A DNA stretch of 49,367 bases from Candidatus Parcubacteria bacterium (GCA_003599595.1 QZIP01000049.1:1-49367); one strand, 5' to 3'. Counted from the first letter of the stretch, positions 1 through 8,870 are shown. A program made the numbers and translations. Notes: a model not told the origin generated them from the sequence alone.

Positions 1-174
1 TATAATGGTGGACATTTTCCAGTATTATTATTAGAAAATTGGGCGTACGGAGAAACTTCAGGTCGAATAAAAGTTTATGAAATTAATAGTTCTGTGTTAG
101 AAGAGCTAAGCAAGAAATTTATGCAAGCATCTATAAGACTCAAACAAATTGAATCTAAACTGGAGAATAAATAA
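1..174 (+). CDS. 3' end of a hypothetical protein (partial, runs off the window start)
   Basis: Frame 1 is open from base 1 (YNGGHFPVLLLENWAYG...KLENK) to TAA 172-174, which overlaps the next ATG (TAATG). Confidence 0.6.
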   Translation, partial: YNGGHFPVLLLENWAYGETSGRIKVYEINSSVLEELSKKFMQASIRLKQIESKLENK

Positions 175-1316
175 TGAATGAAGAATCGACAATGGTTGTT
201 GAGAAATCAACTCACAAAGTAGAAGTTATCAGAATTAATGAACTTCTCAAACACGATAATGCAGATTCTTTATCTTTGGTTAAGATTTATGATTACACTT
301 GTGTAGTTCGTACATCTGATTGGAAAGCTGGAGTTTTAGCAGCTTGGATTCCACCAGATTCTATAGTTGACACCAAACGTCCAGAATTTGCTTTTATGGC
401 TTCTAAGGCTAAAACAGATGGTAAGATACGTATTCGTACTCAGAAACTTCGTGGTGTGGTTTCTTATGGTCTTTTGGTTCCAGCACCAGATGGTTTAAAC
501 GAAGGGGATGACGCAGCTACAGTTTTGGGTGTTGAACATTATGATCCAGAAGTGGAAAATGTTTTGAGAGAGAAAATAGGTAATAAAAACTATTCCATGA
601 CTGGTGGAGAAGTAGCTAAACCTCCAAGAGGAACGTATCCTAAGTATGATGTTGACGCCTTTATGAAATATGCTAGAGTTGTATTTACGGAAGGTGAACT
701 GGTTGTTGTAACTGAGAAGATTCATGGGAGCAATGCACGTTATGTGCACATTGATGATGAGTTTCACAGAGGTTCTCGCGATCAGTGGAAAAAAGAATAC
801 GCTTCTCGTCCAGATCTGACTTATGAATCTTTGCTGGAAAAAATTGGCGATGAAGAAAAAGCCAAGCAAGTATTTGAAAAGATTAACAATTGGACTCCCA
901 AGAGGAATATGTGGTGGCAGTCAGCAGATACTGCTCCAGGTATGATGGATTTTTGTAAGGCTAATCCTGGGTATACTGTATACGGCGAAACTTATGGAAA
1001 TAATTCTGGATACCTATACGATACTACTCCAGAACAACATGTGAAATTTAGAGCATTTGATATTCTATGTCTAGATGGATCATGGATGGATTTTCCCTAT
1101 TTCTTGGCTACTTGTAAAGCTTTTGGTATTCCACATGTACCAGTAATTCACGAAGCCATTCCATTTAATTTTGATGAAGTAGTTAAAATGGCTGAGGGAA
1201 TGAGTCTTTTGAATCCAAAACACATCAGAGAAGGTGTTGTTGTACATCCAGTAAAAGAGCGTTGGCATCCTAAGTTGGGTAGGGTAAAATTGAAGGTCAT
1301 TAACCCAGAGTATTAG
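174..1316 (+). CDS. RNA ligase, Rnl2/DRB0094-like, with N-terminal OB-fold (tRNA-binding-like) domain
   Basis: N-terminal H-x-NAD-x-L ... GVVSYGLL OB domain; nucleotidyltransferase motifs EKIHGSN (I), VYGE (III), FRAFDI (IIIa), EGVV (IV), KVIN (V). GGAG SD. Confidence 0.88.
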   Translation: MNEESTMVVEKSTHKVEVIRINELLKHDNADSLSLVKIYDYTCVVRTSDWKAGVLAAWIPPDSIVDTKRPEFAFMASKAKTDGKIRIRTQKLRGVVSYGLLVPAPDGLNEGDDAATVLGVEHYDPEVENVLREKIGNKNYSMTGGEVAKPPRGTYPKYDVDAFMKYARVVFTEGELVVVTEKIHGSNARYVHIDDEFHRGSRDQWKKEYASRPDLTYESLLEKIGDEEKAKQVFEKINNWTPKRNMWWQSADTAPGMMDFCKANPGYTVYGETYGNNSGYLYDTTPEQHVKFRAFDILCLDGSWMDFPYFLATCKAFGIPHVPVIHEAIPFNFDEVVKMAEGMSLLNPKHIREGVVVHPVKERWHPKLGRVKLKVINPEY

Positions 1317-1317
1317 A

Positions 1318-1545
1318 ATGCAAATCAGTCTGCTACATAGATTTATTCAGTTTGGATTCAATTTTTTAATAGTTGGAGGTATATTTCTTTTTGCAGGGAA
1401 AGAAGCTGGTTTATTTTTAACTTTGGTTCTGATTTTAACAGAATTTGATGTGATCAGATTTAAGGTTGATGCAGTATATGAACAAAACCAAACAACAAAA
1501 ACGGGAAAGAGTTCGATTACAGAAAATAACAGAGAGGAGGAATAA
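1318..1545 (+). CDS. small membrane protein
   Basis: 75 aa with two hydrophobic stretches; follows the ligase stop directly. Confidence 0.6.
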   Translation: MQISLLHRFIQFGFNFLIVGGIFLFAGKEAGLFLTLVLILTEFDVIRFKVDAVYEQNQTTKTGKSSITENNREEE

Positions 1546-1624
1546 ATTACGCGATAATAGAATAGAAATTCCTGAAACAATGAGAGAATCAGCTGGTGGT
1601 GGTTATAGAATCATAAAGAAGTGA
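1478..1624 (+). CDS. small basic protein (48 aa, not in ORF track)
   Basis: MNKTKQQKRERVRLQK...SAGGGYRIIKK fills the gap before 1632; its ends resemble those of 3318..3626. Confidence 0.5.
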   Translation: MNKTKQQKRERVRLQKITERRNKLRDNRIEIPETMRESAGGGYRIIKK

Positions 1625-1631
1625 GTTCTAT

Positions 1632-2219
1632 ATGAGTGAACCAAATTCTGCTGCTGAGAGACAAAGAATCAAAAAACTTAGAGATAAAGCTAGAAGAAAA
1701 ATTAAAAAACTTCTAGAACACCAGCATTATAAATGCTATTGGTGTGGAAAAGAACTAGCGCGAATATACAAAGATAGAAGAGATTCTTGTTTTGTATATT
1801 TTCATGGTCGTACTTATTCTTATGTGAGAAAAACTAACGACTTTGTTGAGTTTCTCAATGTAGATGGTATCTCATATAAGGAGCCTTGGGCAACAGTAGA
1901 TCATATCCTTGCTATAAAAGAAGGAGGAGACAGCACAATAGAAAACTTGTGCGCTGCTTGTCCCAAGTGTAATCAAGAAAGAACAAAAGAAATTACTGTT
2001 AAGGATTCTCATTGTGAATGTGGAGCCAAAAAGGAGCATAGAAAAAACAACTATTGTGGTAAGTGTAACAATAATTACCAAAACGGTTGGTTGTGTTCTT
2101 TTGGATGGGTGAAAAGTGCAATTCCTGACATGTGGGTGGATCCAGTTTGGGGTTCTATTGTTAAAATTGGAACTGCTCGCAGTTTACAAAGTAGAAGAAT
2201 TCGTGAATCAACTGAATGA
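1632..2219 (+). CDS. HNH endonuclease-family protein with extra Zn-binding motifs
   Basis: CYWC ... ATVDHILAIKEGGDSTIENLCAACPKCN (McrA-type HNH), plus CECG...CGKC. Confidence 0.8.
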   Translation: MSEPNSAAERQRIKKLRDKARRKIKKLLEHQHYKCYWCGKELARIYKDRRDSCFVYFHGRTYSYVRKTNDFVEFLNVDGISYKEPWATVDHILAIKEGGDSTIENLCAACPKCNQERTKEITVKDSHCECGAKKEHRKNNYCGKCNNNYQNGWLCSFGWVKSAIPDMWVDPVWGSIVKIGTARSLQSRRIRESTE

Positions 2220-2635
2220 GCAAACATCATAAAAAACGCAATAAAAAAAGCCAGCATGGAAGGAAAGGATATTTGTGGAAATTATTGTTTAATGGGGAAA
2301 AGATGGGTAAGTGTTGTTTTTGTGAAAAACCATTAACTTTTGACGAAGCAACTGTAGAACATCTTACTCCATTAAGTGAAGGAGGTTCTGATAGAATAGG
2401 CAGTGGAAATCTTAATGTTTCATGTTTGAAATGTAACAATGGTAGAGCTAGGAATGCTCAGTTATTAAAACGAGCAGATGAAATGGCTGTCAAATTGTTT
2501 GAAATGTGCCAAGGAAAAAGAGAAATTACTCCTAGATGGAAAACGTTAGTTGAATTTCTCAAAAAATCTGGAAATCTCTCAATTGATTTGTGTAAAGATG
2601 CTTATTTGTTAAAAAAAGGATTGAACGAAACTTGA
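2216..2635 (+). CDS. HNH endonuclease-family protein
   Basis: CCFC ... ATVEHLTPLSEGGSD...NLNVSCLKCN; ATGA overlap with the previous gene. Confidence 0.8.
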   Translation: MSKHHKKRNKKSQHGRKGYLWKLLFNGEKMGKCCFCEKPLTFDEATVEHLTPLSEGGSDRIGSGNLNVSCLKCNNGRARNAQLLKRADEMAVKLFEMCQGKREITPRWKTLVEFLKKSGNLSIDLCKDAYLLKKGLNET

Positions 2636-2700
2636 GTCAATAAATAATAAGTTTGAATGTCTTCAATGAAGAAGTTTTATTCAAGAAATAGGAATTATTA

Positions 2701-3204
2701 ATGAACAGTGTAGAACAACTGGTTCAAGACAATTTGGCATTGGCTTATCATGCTAAACTTCAATTATTACCAAAATATAAGGGAATAGATGAAGACATTA
2801 TTGAATCAGATGTTCTATATGGTTTGTTTAAAGCTGCAAAGGCTTTAAATACTTCTCGTGCTAAGCTGACTACGTTAGCGCATTATTGTATAAGAAATCA
2901 AGTTAAAAATTCAGTCAGATATTGGTTGACCCCAACTCGAAATGTTTACAAAACAAGAACAGGTCAGGAAATTGCATTACTTAGACTTTCTGTTAAAAAT
3001 AACCCAGAAGTGTATGATATTTATGAAGACATCAAAAAGTTCTTGACTTGGGAAGAAAGAGTTATATTAAGAACAGTATTTTGGGAAGGGATTTCTCCAG
3101 TTGAGTTTAGTAAGATGCTAGGAAATTATAAAAGTTGGGCTAACCAAAAAATTAGATGCATATCTAAAAAAATTAGAGATTTGAAACAATATGCAACCAA
3201 TTAA
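2701..3204 (+). CDS. sigma70-family (group 3/4-like) phage sigma factor
   Basis: Region-2-like LVQDNLALAYH...GLFKAAK...LTTLAHYCIRNQV and region-4-like LTWEERVILRTVFWEGISPVEFSKMLG HTH. Confidence 0.72.
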   Translation: MNSVEQLVQDNLALAYHAKLQLLPKYKGIDEDIIESDVLYGLFKAAKALNTSRAKLTTLAHYCIRNQVKNSVRYWLTPTRNVYKTRTGQEIALLRLSVKNNPEVYDIYEDIKKFLTWEERVILRTVFWEGISPVEFSKMLGNYKSWANQKIRCISKKIRDLKQYATN

Positions 3205-3346
3205 AATCATCAAAAATGATAATTTAGAAGATGAAGATGATATCTTCTATGTTTATGATGAAGAAATAGACAAAGAAGTTGTTAAATGGCTTGATTCAAT
3301 TACAAATGAGGAGAACAATGTCAATGGCGACACTTACCAAAGCTAA
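3191..3346 (+). CDS. small acidic hypothetical protein (51 aa, not in ORF track)
   Basis: MQPIKIIKNDNLEDEDDIFYVYDEEID... fills the gap between flanking genes with short overlaps. Confidence 0.5.
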   Translation: MQPIKIIKNDNLEDEDDIFYVYDEEIDKEVVKWLDSITNEENNVNGDTYQS

Positions 3347-3626
3347 ACAACAGAGATTGGAAAGGTTGAAAAAGGGATTATGTGCTAGATGTGGTAAACT
3401 TCCTAAAAGACTTGGTGGAAGTTACTGTGTTGGCTGTACAGAAAAACGTCGCAAAGACAATGCTAAATACAAAGCTAAGAAAAAGATAAAATCATTTTCA
3501 AGTAATTCGTTTGTAAATCAGATACTAGCTGACCCACCATCAAGTAAAAGAGAACCTAAAGTGTTTTCTACCAGGGCTGGTTTTCAAATATGTGGTGGTG
3601 GCTTTAGAGTTATAAGGGGTGGGTAA
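3318..3626 (+). CDS. basic Zn-finger-like hypothetical protein
   Basis: CARC...CVGC motif, Lys/Arg-rich; start moved to the ATG after a GAGGAG SD. Confidence 0.6.
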   Translation: MSMATLTKAKQQRLERLKKGLCARCGKLPKRLGGSYCVGCTEKRRKDNAKYKAKKKIKSFSSNSFVNQILADPPSSKREPKVFSTRAGFQICGGGFRVIRGG

Positions 3627-3902
3627 ATGTATCAGTGTTATTTTTGCAAGAAAAGGGTGTGTGTATGCAAAGTTGTTCCATCACAAATGACTCAAGAACA
3701 AATTGAAGAAGCTGTCAAGAAACATGAAAAAGATATCCGACAATGGGAAAAACTTTGCGAGGAAAAGATTAAGTTTCATCAACATGAAATAAAAATACTA
3801 CAAAAGTTCCACTGCACTCACGAACAAGAAACTTATTACCCTGATCCTTCTGGAAATTCTGATTCCTTTTATAAATGTGTTATTTGTGGAAATGAAAGAT
3901 GA
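3627..3902 (+). CDS. Cys-rich hypothetical protein
   Basis: CYFC, CVC and C-x-H...CVIC motifs; abuts the previous stop. Confidence 0.6.
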   Translation: MYQCYFCKKRVCVCKVVPSQMTQEQIEEAVKKHEKDIRQWEKLCEEKIKFHQHEIKILQKFHCTHEQETYYPDPSGNSDSFYKCVICGNER

Positions 3903-4141
3903 AAGATTTAATTTATGTAACAGTAATGATTGTATTAGTTACTGGTTCTAGTTTTGTATGGTACTACACAGGAAAAAACGAAGGACACTCAAACGGTTAC
4001 TCAATTGGGTGTAAAGATGGGAGAAGGGCTATACAAAGAGAAGCAATAGCCAGGGGATTTGGAAATTATAAATCTTACAGTGAGGATAATTTTGGAAATC
4101 CAACTCAATATTTTGAGTGGAAAGAAGTTAAGAAAGACTAA
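3899..4141 (+). CDS. small single-TM protein
   Basis: N-terminal hydrophobic helix followed by G-x-x-x-G repeats; ATGA overlap. Confidence 0.6.
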   Translation: MKDLIYVTVMIVLVTGSSFVWYYTGKNEGHSNGYSIGCKDGRRAIQREAIARGFGNYKSYSEDNFGNPTQYFEWKEVKKD

Positions 4142-4146
4142 TCGGT

Positions 4147-4257
4147 ATGGAAACCCTAGCAATAATTGCTGTTTTCATAATAGTCTTGACGCCTATTATT
4201 GTTAAAATACTACCTGAAAAAAAACATAAAGAAGAAGAGTCTGATTGGGGAATATGA
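4147..4257 (+). CDS. tiny TM protein (36 aa, not in ORF track)
   Basis: METLAIIAVFIIVLTPIIVK...; its stop overlaps the next ATG (ATGA). Confidence 0.5.
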   Translation: METLAIIAVFIIVLTPIIVKILPEKKHKEEESDWGI

Positions 4258-4445
4258 TGGTATTGTTAGATTGTATTGTGTTTTTTATCAGCGTACTATT
4301 ATTTCCGATAAATTTGAAAGGGGTAATGTCTGACAACAAATATAGCCCGTCGTGGTGCGTATCAGTAATGGGTTTAATAGTAAATATGGTTGTTATTTTA
4401 ATAGTGGTTTTAAAATATTCAGGAGTTTCAAATGCAGTCAATTAA
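4254..4445 (+). CDS. small two-TM protein
   Basis: Two hydrophobic helices; start inferred from the ATGA overlap. Confidence 0.55.
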   Translation: MMVLLDCIVFFISVLLFPINLKGVMSDNKYSPSWCVSVMGLIVNMVVILIVVLKYSGVSNAVN

Positions 4446-4953
4446 GCAGAAGAATGATCAGTTTAAAGGTATGACTAAGAAAGAAAAAGCTGTTGCTGTG
4501 GCCAAAGATGTGTTAAAACATCTAAGAAGTTTGAAATTTACTGGTTGCGCTTCTTATTGTGAAGGAGATGGATTAAACATTTCTAAAGATGAAAATGTTC
4601 AACCACATATCAGTAAACTGGTTAAAAATTGTGAAGTGTGTGCATTAGGTGGGATGTTTTTAAGCTATATAAGACTGTTTGACAATGTTAAGTATGAAAA
4701 AATTATAGAACCCAAGTATTATGAAGAAAATGAATATCAAATTCATGTAGATAGGGACTACATTATTGATAAGTTCAAGGGTATTTTTGATAGGGATGTA
4801 TTAGATTGTATTGAAGACGCATATGAAGGTGGCTGGGATGAGTTTTATCCTGATCCCAGAGATCGTATTAAAGCTATCATGAAGAATATTGTTAAAAATA
4901 ATGGAAGATTTATTGATGATTTAGATAATGTTGAAGAAGATGAGGTTTGGTAA
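4432..4953 (+). CDS. hypothetical phage protein
   Basis: 173 aa ORF with AGGAG SD and a CEVCALGG motif. Confidence 0.7.
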   Translation: MQSIKQKNDQFKGMTKKEKAVAVAKDVLKHLRSLKFTGCASYCEGDGLNISKDENVQPHISKLVKNCEVCALGGMFLSYIRLFDNVKYEKIIEPKYYEENEYQIHVDRDYIIDKFKGIFDRDVLDCIEDAYEGGWDEFYPDPRDRIKAIMKNIVKNNGRFIDDLDNVEEDEVW

Positions 4954-4972
4954 TAATCAAAGGAGATTTAAT

Positions 4973-5140
4973 ATGTCAGCATACAACAAAGAACGTAGAA
5001 AACTTCGTAGAGTTAAAAGAAGAATGAACGGAAGACCAGATGCTTATTTGAAACATACCCCACATGTTAGAAATGATCATTCTAAAGACATTACATACCC
5101 GAAGGAGAAGCTGAGTGATTTGCCAGTATTGTCAACGTGA
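4973..5140 (+). CDS. small basic hypothetical protein
   Basis: AAGGAG SD before ATG 4973; Arg/Lys-rich. Confidence 0.55.
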   Translation: MSAYNKERRKLRRVKRRMNGRPDAYLKHTPHVRNDHSKDITYPKEKLSDLPVLST

Positions 5141-5360
5141 GACAAAGCCGTTATATCCCTACCATGAGGGACCAGGCAGTTGTGGAACAGCGCTAGTTGA
5201 AGATCTGGAATCTATCAGAGCAAACGATATTTTGAATTTAGGCTTGGTAGAACCTGAAGTAATTAAAATATTGGGAAATCTAACAAACCAAATTGTTGAA
5301 TTACGACAAGAAAACATTGGTTTGAAAATGTTAATCAAGACCAAGAAGGATAAAGAATGA
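5115..5360 (+). CDS. hypothetical protein (CxxC plus coiled coil)
   Basis: GTG start after AAGGAG; CQYC motif. Confidence 0.55.
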   Translation: MICQYCQRETKPLYPYHEGPGSCGTALVEDLESIRANDILNLGLVEPEVIKILGNLTNQIVELRQENIGLKMLIKTKKDKE

Positions 5361-5926
5361 GATTACAGTCATTCTTAACAACATCATTTGCTTGTTGTTG
5401 TTTTTTCATCATAGGATATTGCACAAGGTGGTTAGAAGATAGTCCTAATCCTCCTGAAATTATTCCACAAGCCCAAAAAACTGATGACATTTGTGTTCAT
5501 TTTTCACCTAATGGTGGATGTACGAATGAAATTATGAGGAATTTGGGACTAGCAAAAAAACAAGTTCGGGTGTTTGCTTATTCTTTTACATCTGAACCAA
5601 TTGCTCAAACTCTCATATTATTGGCAATGGGTGGAATAGATGTTCAAGTGATTATAGATTCAGGTTCTGCAAAACGATCTGAGGCTGATAATCTGGCTAG
5701 TAATGGAGTGAAAGTATATTTAGATTCTAAACATGCTATTATGCATTCCAAAGTTATTATTATAGATGATGACACTGTAATTAGCGGGTCGTTCAATTTC
5801 AGTAAAAATGCAGAAGAGAGAAATCATGAAAATCTAATAATCATCAAATCTCCCAAATTGGTTAAATTGTATTTGAACGAATGGGAAAAACACAAACAAC
5901 ACTCTCAACTGAAAGCAGCATGGTAA
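5357..5926 (+). CDS. phospholipase D-family (Nuc/MitoPLD-like) endonuclease with N-terminal hydrophobic anchor
   Basis: Single HKD motif HSKVIIID-x5-SGSFN; FSPNGGC, AYSFT and NHEN motifs typical of Nuc-like PLDs. Confidence 0.88.
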   Translation: MRLQSFLTTSFACCCFFIIGYCTRWLEDSPNPPEIIPQAQKTDDICVHFSPNGGCTNEIMRNLGLAKKQVRVFAYSFTSEPIAQTLILLAMGGIDVQVIIDSGSAKRSEADNLASNGVKVYLDSKHAIMHSKVIIIDDDTVISGSFNFSKNAEERNHENLIIIKSPKLVKLYLNEWEKHKQHSQLKAAW

Positions 5927-6198
5927 TGGAACTTAAATGGATTGATAAATTTCCAGATGAAGTTGGCAAATATTGGTTTTATGGTTGGCAATGGAGTGAT
6001 GAAATCAAAAGTAAAAATCCACAACTTCATTTAGTAGAAGTGTCTTCCCACACAGATAGTAATGGACACACAACATTTTCAGGATCTTCCAAAACTGAAT
6101 TTTTTACAGCTCATGCAGCCGTTGTTCCAATAGGATATTGGACTAAATTCATTCCTCCATCACTTCCAGATTTAAGTAGGTTTAAAAATGGAAAATAG
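5926..6198 (+). CDS. hypothetical protein
   Basis: W-x-DKFPDEVGKYWFYG ... W-x-x-x-x-PP pattern (DUF551-like flavour); TAATG overlap. Confidence 0.55.
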   Translation: MELKWIDKFPDEVGKYWFYGWQWSDEIKSKNPQLHLVEVSSHTDSNGHTTFSGSSKTEFFTAHAAVVPIGYWTKFIPPSLPDLSRFKNGK

Positions 6199-6352
6199 CT
6201 GGGGTAAAGTATTTTGGGAATTATTCAGACAATTGACATGGAAATATAGATTTTATGTATTAGGTGCAGTTTCTGTTTTCTTTTTGTTTGAATTATTAGT
6301 TGTTGTATTGACTGTACTCGTGACATTATCTATTTCAGGATATGGAAAATGA
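6188..6352 (+). CDS. tiny TM protein (54 aa, not in ORF track)
   Basis: MENSWGKVFWELFRQLTWKYRFYVLGAVSVFFLFELLVVVLTVLVTLSISGYGK; ATGA overlap with the next ORF. Confidence 0.55.
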   Translation: MENSWGKVFWELFRQLTWKYRFYVLGAVSVFFLFELLVVVLTVLVTLSISGYGK

Positions 6353-6483
6353 TTCCTAATCAATGTGTTATATTCACTATGATTGGGATGTTAGTATTGT
6401 TTGGCTTGATGTTAGATTGGACCATAAAGTTCTTACAAAAACAGGATGAAATTAAAAGGCAAAATAAAATTAACAAGGAGTAA
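6349..6483 (+). CDS. tiny TM protein (44 aa, not in ORF track)
   Basis: MIPNQCVIFTMIGMLVLFGLMLDWTIK...; translationally coupled to the previous ORF. Confidence 0.5.
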   Translation: MIPNQCVIFTMIGMLVLFGLMLDWTIKFLQKQDEIKRQNKINKE

Positions 6484-6507
6484 TAATTTTGGTAATGTGT
6501 ATGGTGT

Positions 6508-6936
6508 ATGAACAAAATGATTTCGAGAGAAAGACTCAAACGACTTATTTACTCAAAGTACCTCCGTCTTTTGATAATAGTATCTTTAGTAAGCACTCTT
6601 ATGAGTGTGGTACTAGAAAGACAGTACCAACACGCTTTACTTTTCTCTCTGGCCATTACGAACGTTCTATCGCTGAGTTATATGATGACTGTTAGATTTG
6701 CTTGGGATAAAACGGCGATATTCTATGGGTGTTTGATAGGTGGTATTCCTGCTAGAATGGCTGTGGGACTTTGTATGTCTTATTTTGCCATGTTATTGAC
6801 CGATATCCACCAAGGTATGTTTGTATTTAGTATGATGTTTTGGTGGATTGGGTTTACAGCGTTAGAGTTTGGAATGGCGTTAGAATACTGGCATAAAGTT
6901 AAGTGGAAAAATGTAAATGTCAATAAATATGTCTAA
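6508..6936 (+). CDS. multi-pass membrane protein
   Basis: 142 aa with about four hydrophobic segments. Confidence 0.65.
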   Translation: MNKMISRERLKRLIYSKYLRLLIIVSLVSTLMSVVLERQYQHALLFSLAITNVLSLSYMMTVRFAWDKTAIFYGCLIGGIPARMAVGLCMSYFAMLLTDIHQGMFVFSMMFWWIGFTALEFGMALEYWHKVKWKNVNVNKYV

Positions 6937-7489
6937 TCTTGAATGGTTAATAGATAAAGCCAAAGAATATGGTGTAGAAAAAGAATCTGAATTTGTTTTA
7001 GACGGCAGATTTGCTACTTGGTCAGGTTCTTCTAAGCCAACAGCCCATCATTATGGTACAGGTGGATTACTTGAACATGTTACTGAAGTAGTTAAACTAT
7101 GTTTACAATCCAATGAATATTTCAAGACAATTGACAAGGGTGTTGATGACAGATTATTGTTCTTAGCTGCTTTGTTTCATGATGTTGGTAAGATTTGGGA
7201 TTATGAATCTTACACCGATTATAATACTGGAGAAATAATTTGGAAATCCAATGATCACAAGAATAAAATTCACCATATCAGTAGATCAGTAATAGTTTGG
7301 AATGAAGCTAGTGTAAATATGAAACAAGAAGAACGAGATGAAGTGACACATGCTATTTTAGCCCATCATGGACAAAGAGCTTGGGGCAGTCCAGTTGAAC
7401 CACAAACCAGACTAGCTTGGTTGCTTCATACTTGTGATCACATGAGTGCCAGAATGGACGATTGCGATAGAAAAAATGGGAGAGCATAA
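6917..7489 (+). CDS. HD-domain phosphohydrolase, YhaM/Cbf1-like
   Basis: AHH-x-x-x-GGLLEH, LFHDVGK, HAILAHHG, WGSPVEP, HTCDHMSAR match the YhaM HD-domain pattern; no N-terminal OB fold. Confidence 0.82.
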   Translation: MSINMSNLEWLIDKAKEYGVEKESEFVLDGRFATWSGSSKPTAHHYGTGGLLEHVTEVVKLCLQSNEYFKTIDKGVDDRLLFLAALFHDVGKIWDYESYTDYNTGEIIWKSNDHKNKIHHISRSVIVWNEASVNMKQEERDEVTHAILAHHGQRAWGSPVEPQTRLAWLLHTCDHMSARMDDCDRKNGRA

Positions 7490-7671
7490 TGGAAAATACA
7501 ATAGAAAGTATTCGTGAAGATTTAGAATATGCGATTAATAGGACATATTTAAGTTGTCCTAATGACTGTGTGCCAAAATCAATTATTAGACAAGTTATTG
7601 ATGCGGAAGCTCCTGAAATCGACCCCAAAAGCTCAATGGAGAGCATATGGAACCTGCCTACAATTTGGTAA
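7489..7671 (+). CDS. hypothetical protein
   Basis: GGAG SD and TAATG overlap; 60 aa. Confidence 0.45.
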   Translation: MENTIESIREDLEYAINRTYLSCPNDCVPKSIIRQVIDAEAPEIDPKSSMESIWNLPTIW

Positions 7672-7919
7672 AATGGGCTGAAGAGTTTGCTTTAGACATT
7701 AAACATTCTATGGATCGTCCATGGAAAATGGGAATAATTGTTCCCAATCCAGATTATCCTCCAGAAGTACCAGCTTCTTGTTGTTCATTTTCACCTTCTC
7801 TTAAAATGAAGAGATATACTTGTAACAATAATAAAGATTATTTATATCTTGGACAATGTGAGAAGTGTGAAGCAATCAGTTTTGCATATGCTGAGGCTGC
7901 TGTTTCTCTCACCAAATGA
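7647..7919 (+). CDS. Cys-containing hypothetical protein, paralog of 7927..8223
   Basis: Shares Y-x-LV-x-WAE, DR-x-W, RYT and YLGQC-x-x-C with the next ORF. Confidence 0.65.
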   Translation: MEPAYNLVKWAEEFALDIKHSMDRPWKMGIIVPNPDYPPEVPASCCSFSPSLKMKRYTCNNNKDYLYLGQCEKCEAISFAYAEAAVSLTK

Positions 7920-7926
7920 GGATTAT

Positions 7927-8223
7927 ATGGAAAATGTTACAATTAAAATTCAACCAAATTATGATCTGGTTGAATGGGCAGAAAAATCTGCTGTTGCTAT
8001 TGCCTATCCTAAAGATAGGGCATGGTATTTTGTGGATTGTCATCCTCCAAATGGACAACCAATAAATTGGGATTGTACTTGTTATTGTTCAAGCCATTCA
8101 AATGTTCGTTTAAGACGTTATACAACTCAAAACGAACAGAATTACTGTTACTTAGGTCAATGTAGAAGTTGTCAGAAGATATTTTGGAATTACACTAAAA
8201 CGGAGGAACAGATTAATGGATAG
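7927..8223 (+). CDS. Cys-containing hypothetical protein, paralog of 7647..7919
   Basis: GAGGA SD before ATG 7927; motifs shared with the previous ORF. Confidence 0.65.
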   Translation: MENVTIKIQPNYDLVEWAEKSAVAIAYPKDRAWYFVDCHPPNGQPINWDCTCYCSSHSNVRLRRYTTQNEQNYCYLGQCRSCQKIFWNYTKTEEQING

Positions 8224-8479
8224 TTATTGTGAAATTTGTTGTGAAGATGTCAATATTTTAAGTCATTACCACTGTTATAACTGTGGTGAAGAATGTTCCG
8301 TTATGGGACATTTGGGAAATGAGGGTTACTATTGTAAAAGAAAGGAATCTTATTTAGCTGTAGGCACTAGGAAGATATTTGACATAGAGGAAGAAGAATT
8401 GTTTGGACACCCAGAATGTGATTGTGATGAAGAAGAAAATGAAAATGAATATGATTGGGAATCTGATTCAGATGAGTGA
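8216..8479 (+). CDS. Cys/His-rich protein with acidic tail
   Basis: CEIC, HYHCYNCG, CSVMGH; GGAGG SD. Confidence 0.6.
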   Translation: MDSYCEICCEDVNILSHYHCYNCGEECSVMGHLGNEGYYCKRKESYLAVGTRKIFDIEEEELFGHPECDCDEEENENEYDWESDSDE

Positions 8480-8657
8480 AGATAGAATATTTTTAGTTTT
8501 GATTTTATTAGCTGCGTTAAATATGGTATTAAACTGGGGATATACATTTCATTGTATTATGGAATGGTTTTTAGGATGGTTGGACAAGGAGTCTGTAAAT
8601 AAAAAACATGAACAATTGAGAGAGCAATGGCTACAGCAAGAGAGATTGAACAATTGA
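8472..8657 (+). CDS. small TM protein
   Basis: MSEDRIFLVLILLAALNMVL hydrophobic helix; start inferred. Confidence 0.5.
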   Translation: MSEDRIFLVLILLAALNMVLNWGYTFHCIMEWFLGWLDKESVNKKHEQLREQWLQQERLNN

Positions 8658-8869
8658 TTGAAATTGCTATTGAAAACAAAAGATATGAAGACGATAATCC
8701 AGAGGTAGGAGCAGATTTCTTTCAGGAGGATAGATTGGTTGAAAATGCCAGACTAGAACTTCATGTAATGATTACAAAAGAACAAAGAGAATATGCTAAA
8801 CAACAATTACAAAATGCTCCTAAAAGATTAATGAGTCCACCAGCTGGTTTTGATAGATATAGAGGGTAA
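8627..8869 (+). CDS. hypothetical protein
   Basis: 80 aa ORF in the tightly packed + strand run. Confidence 0.55.
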   Translation: MATAREIEQLIEIAIENKRYEDDNPEVGADFFQEDRLVENARLELHVMITKEQREYAKQQLQNAPKRLMSPPAGFDRYRG

Positions 8870-8870
8870 A

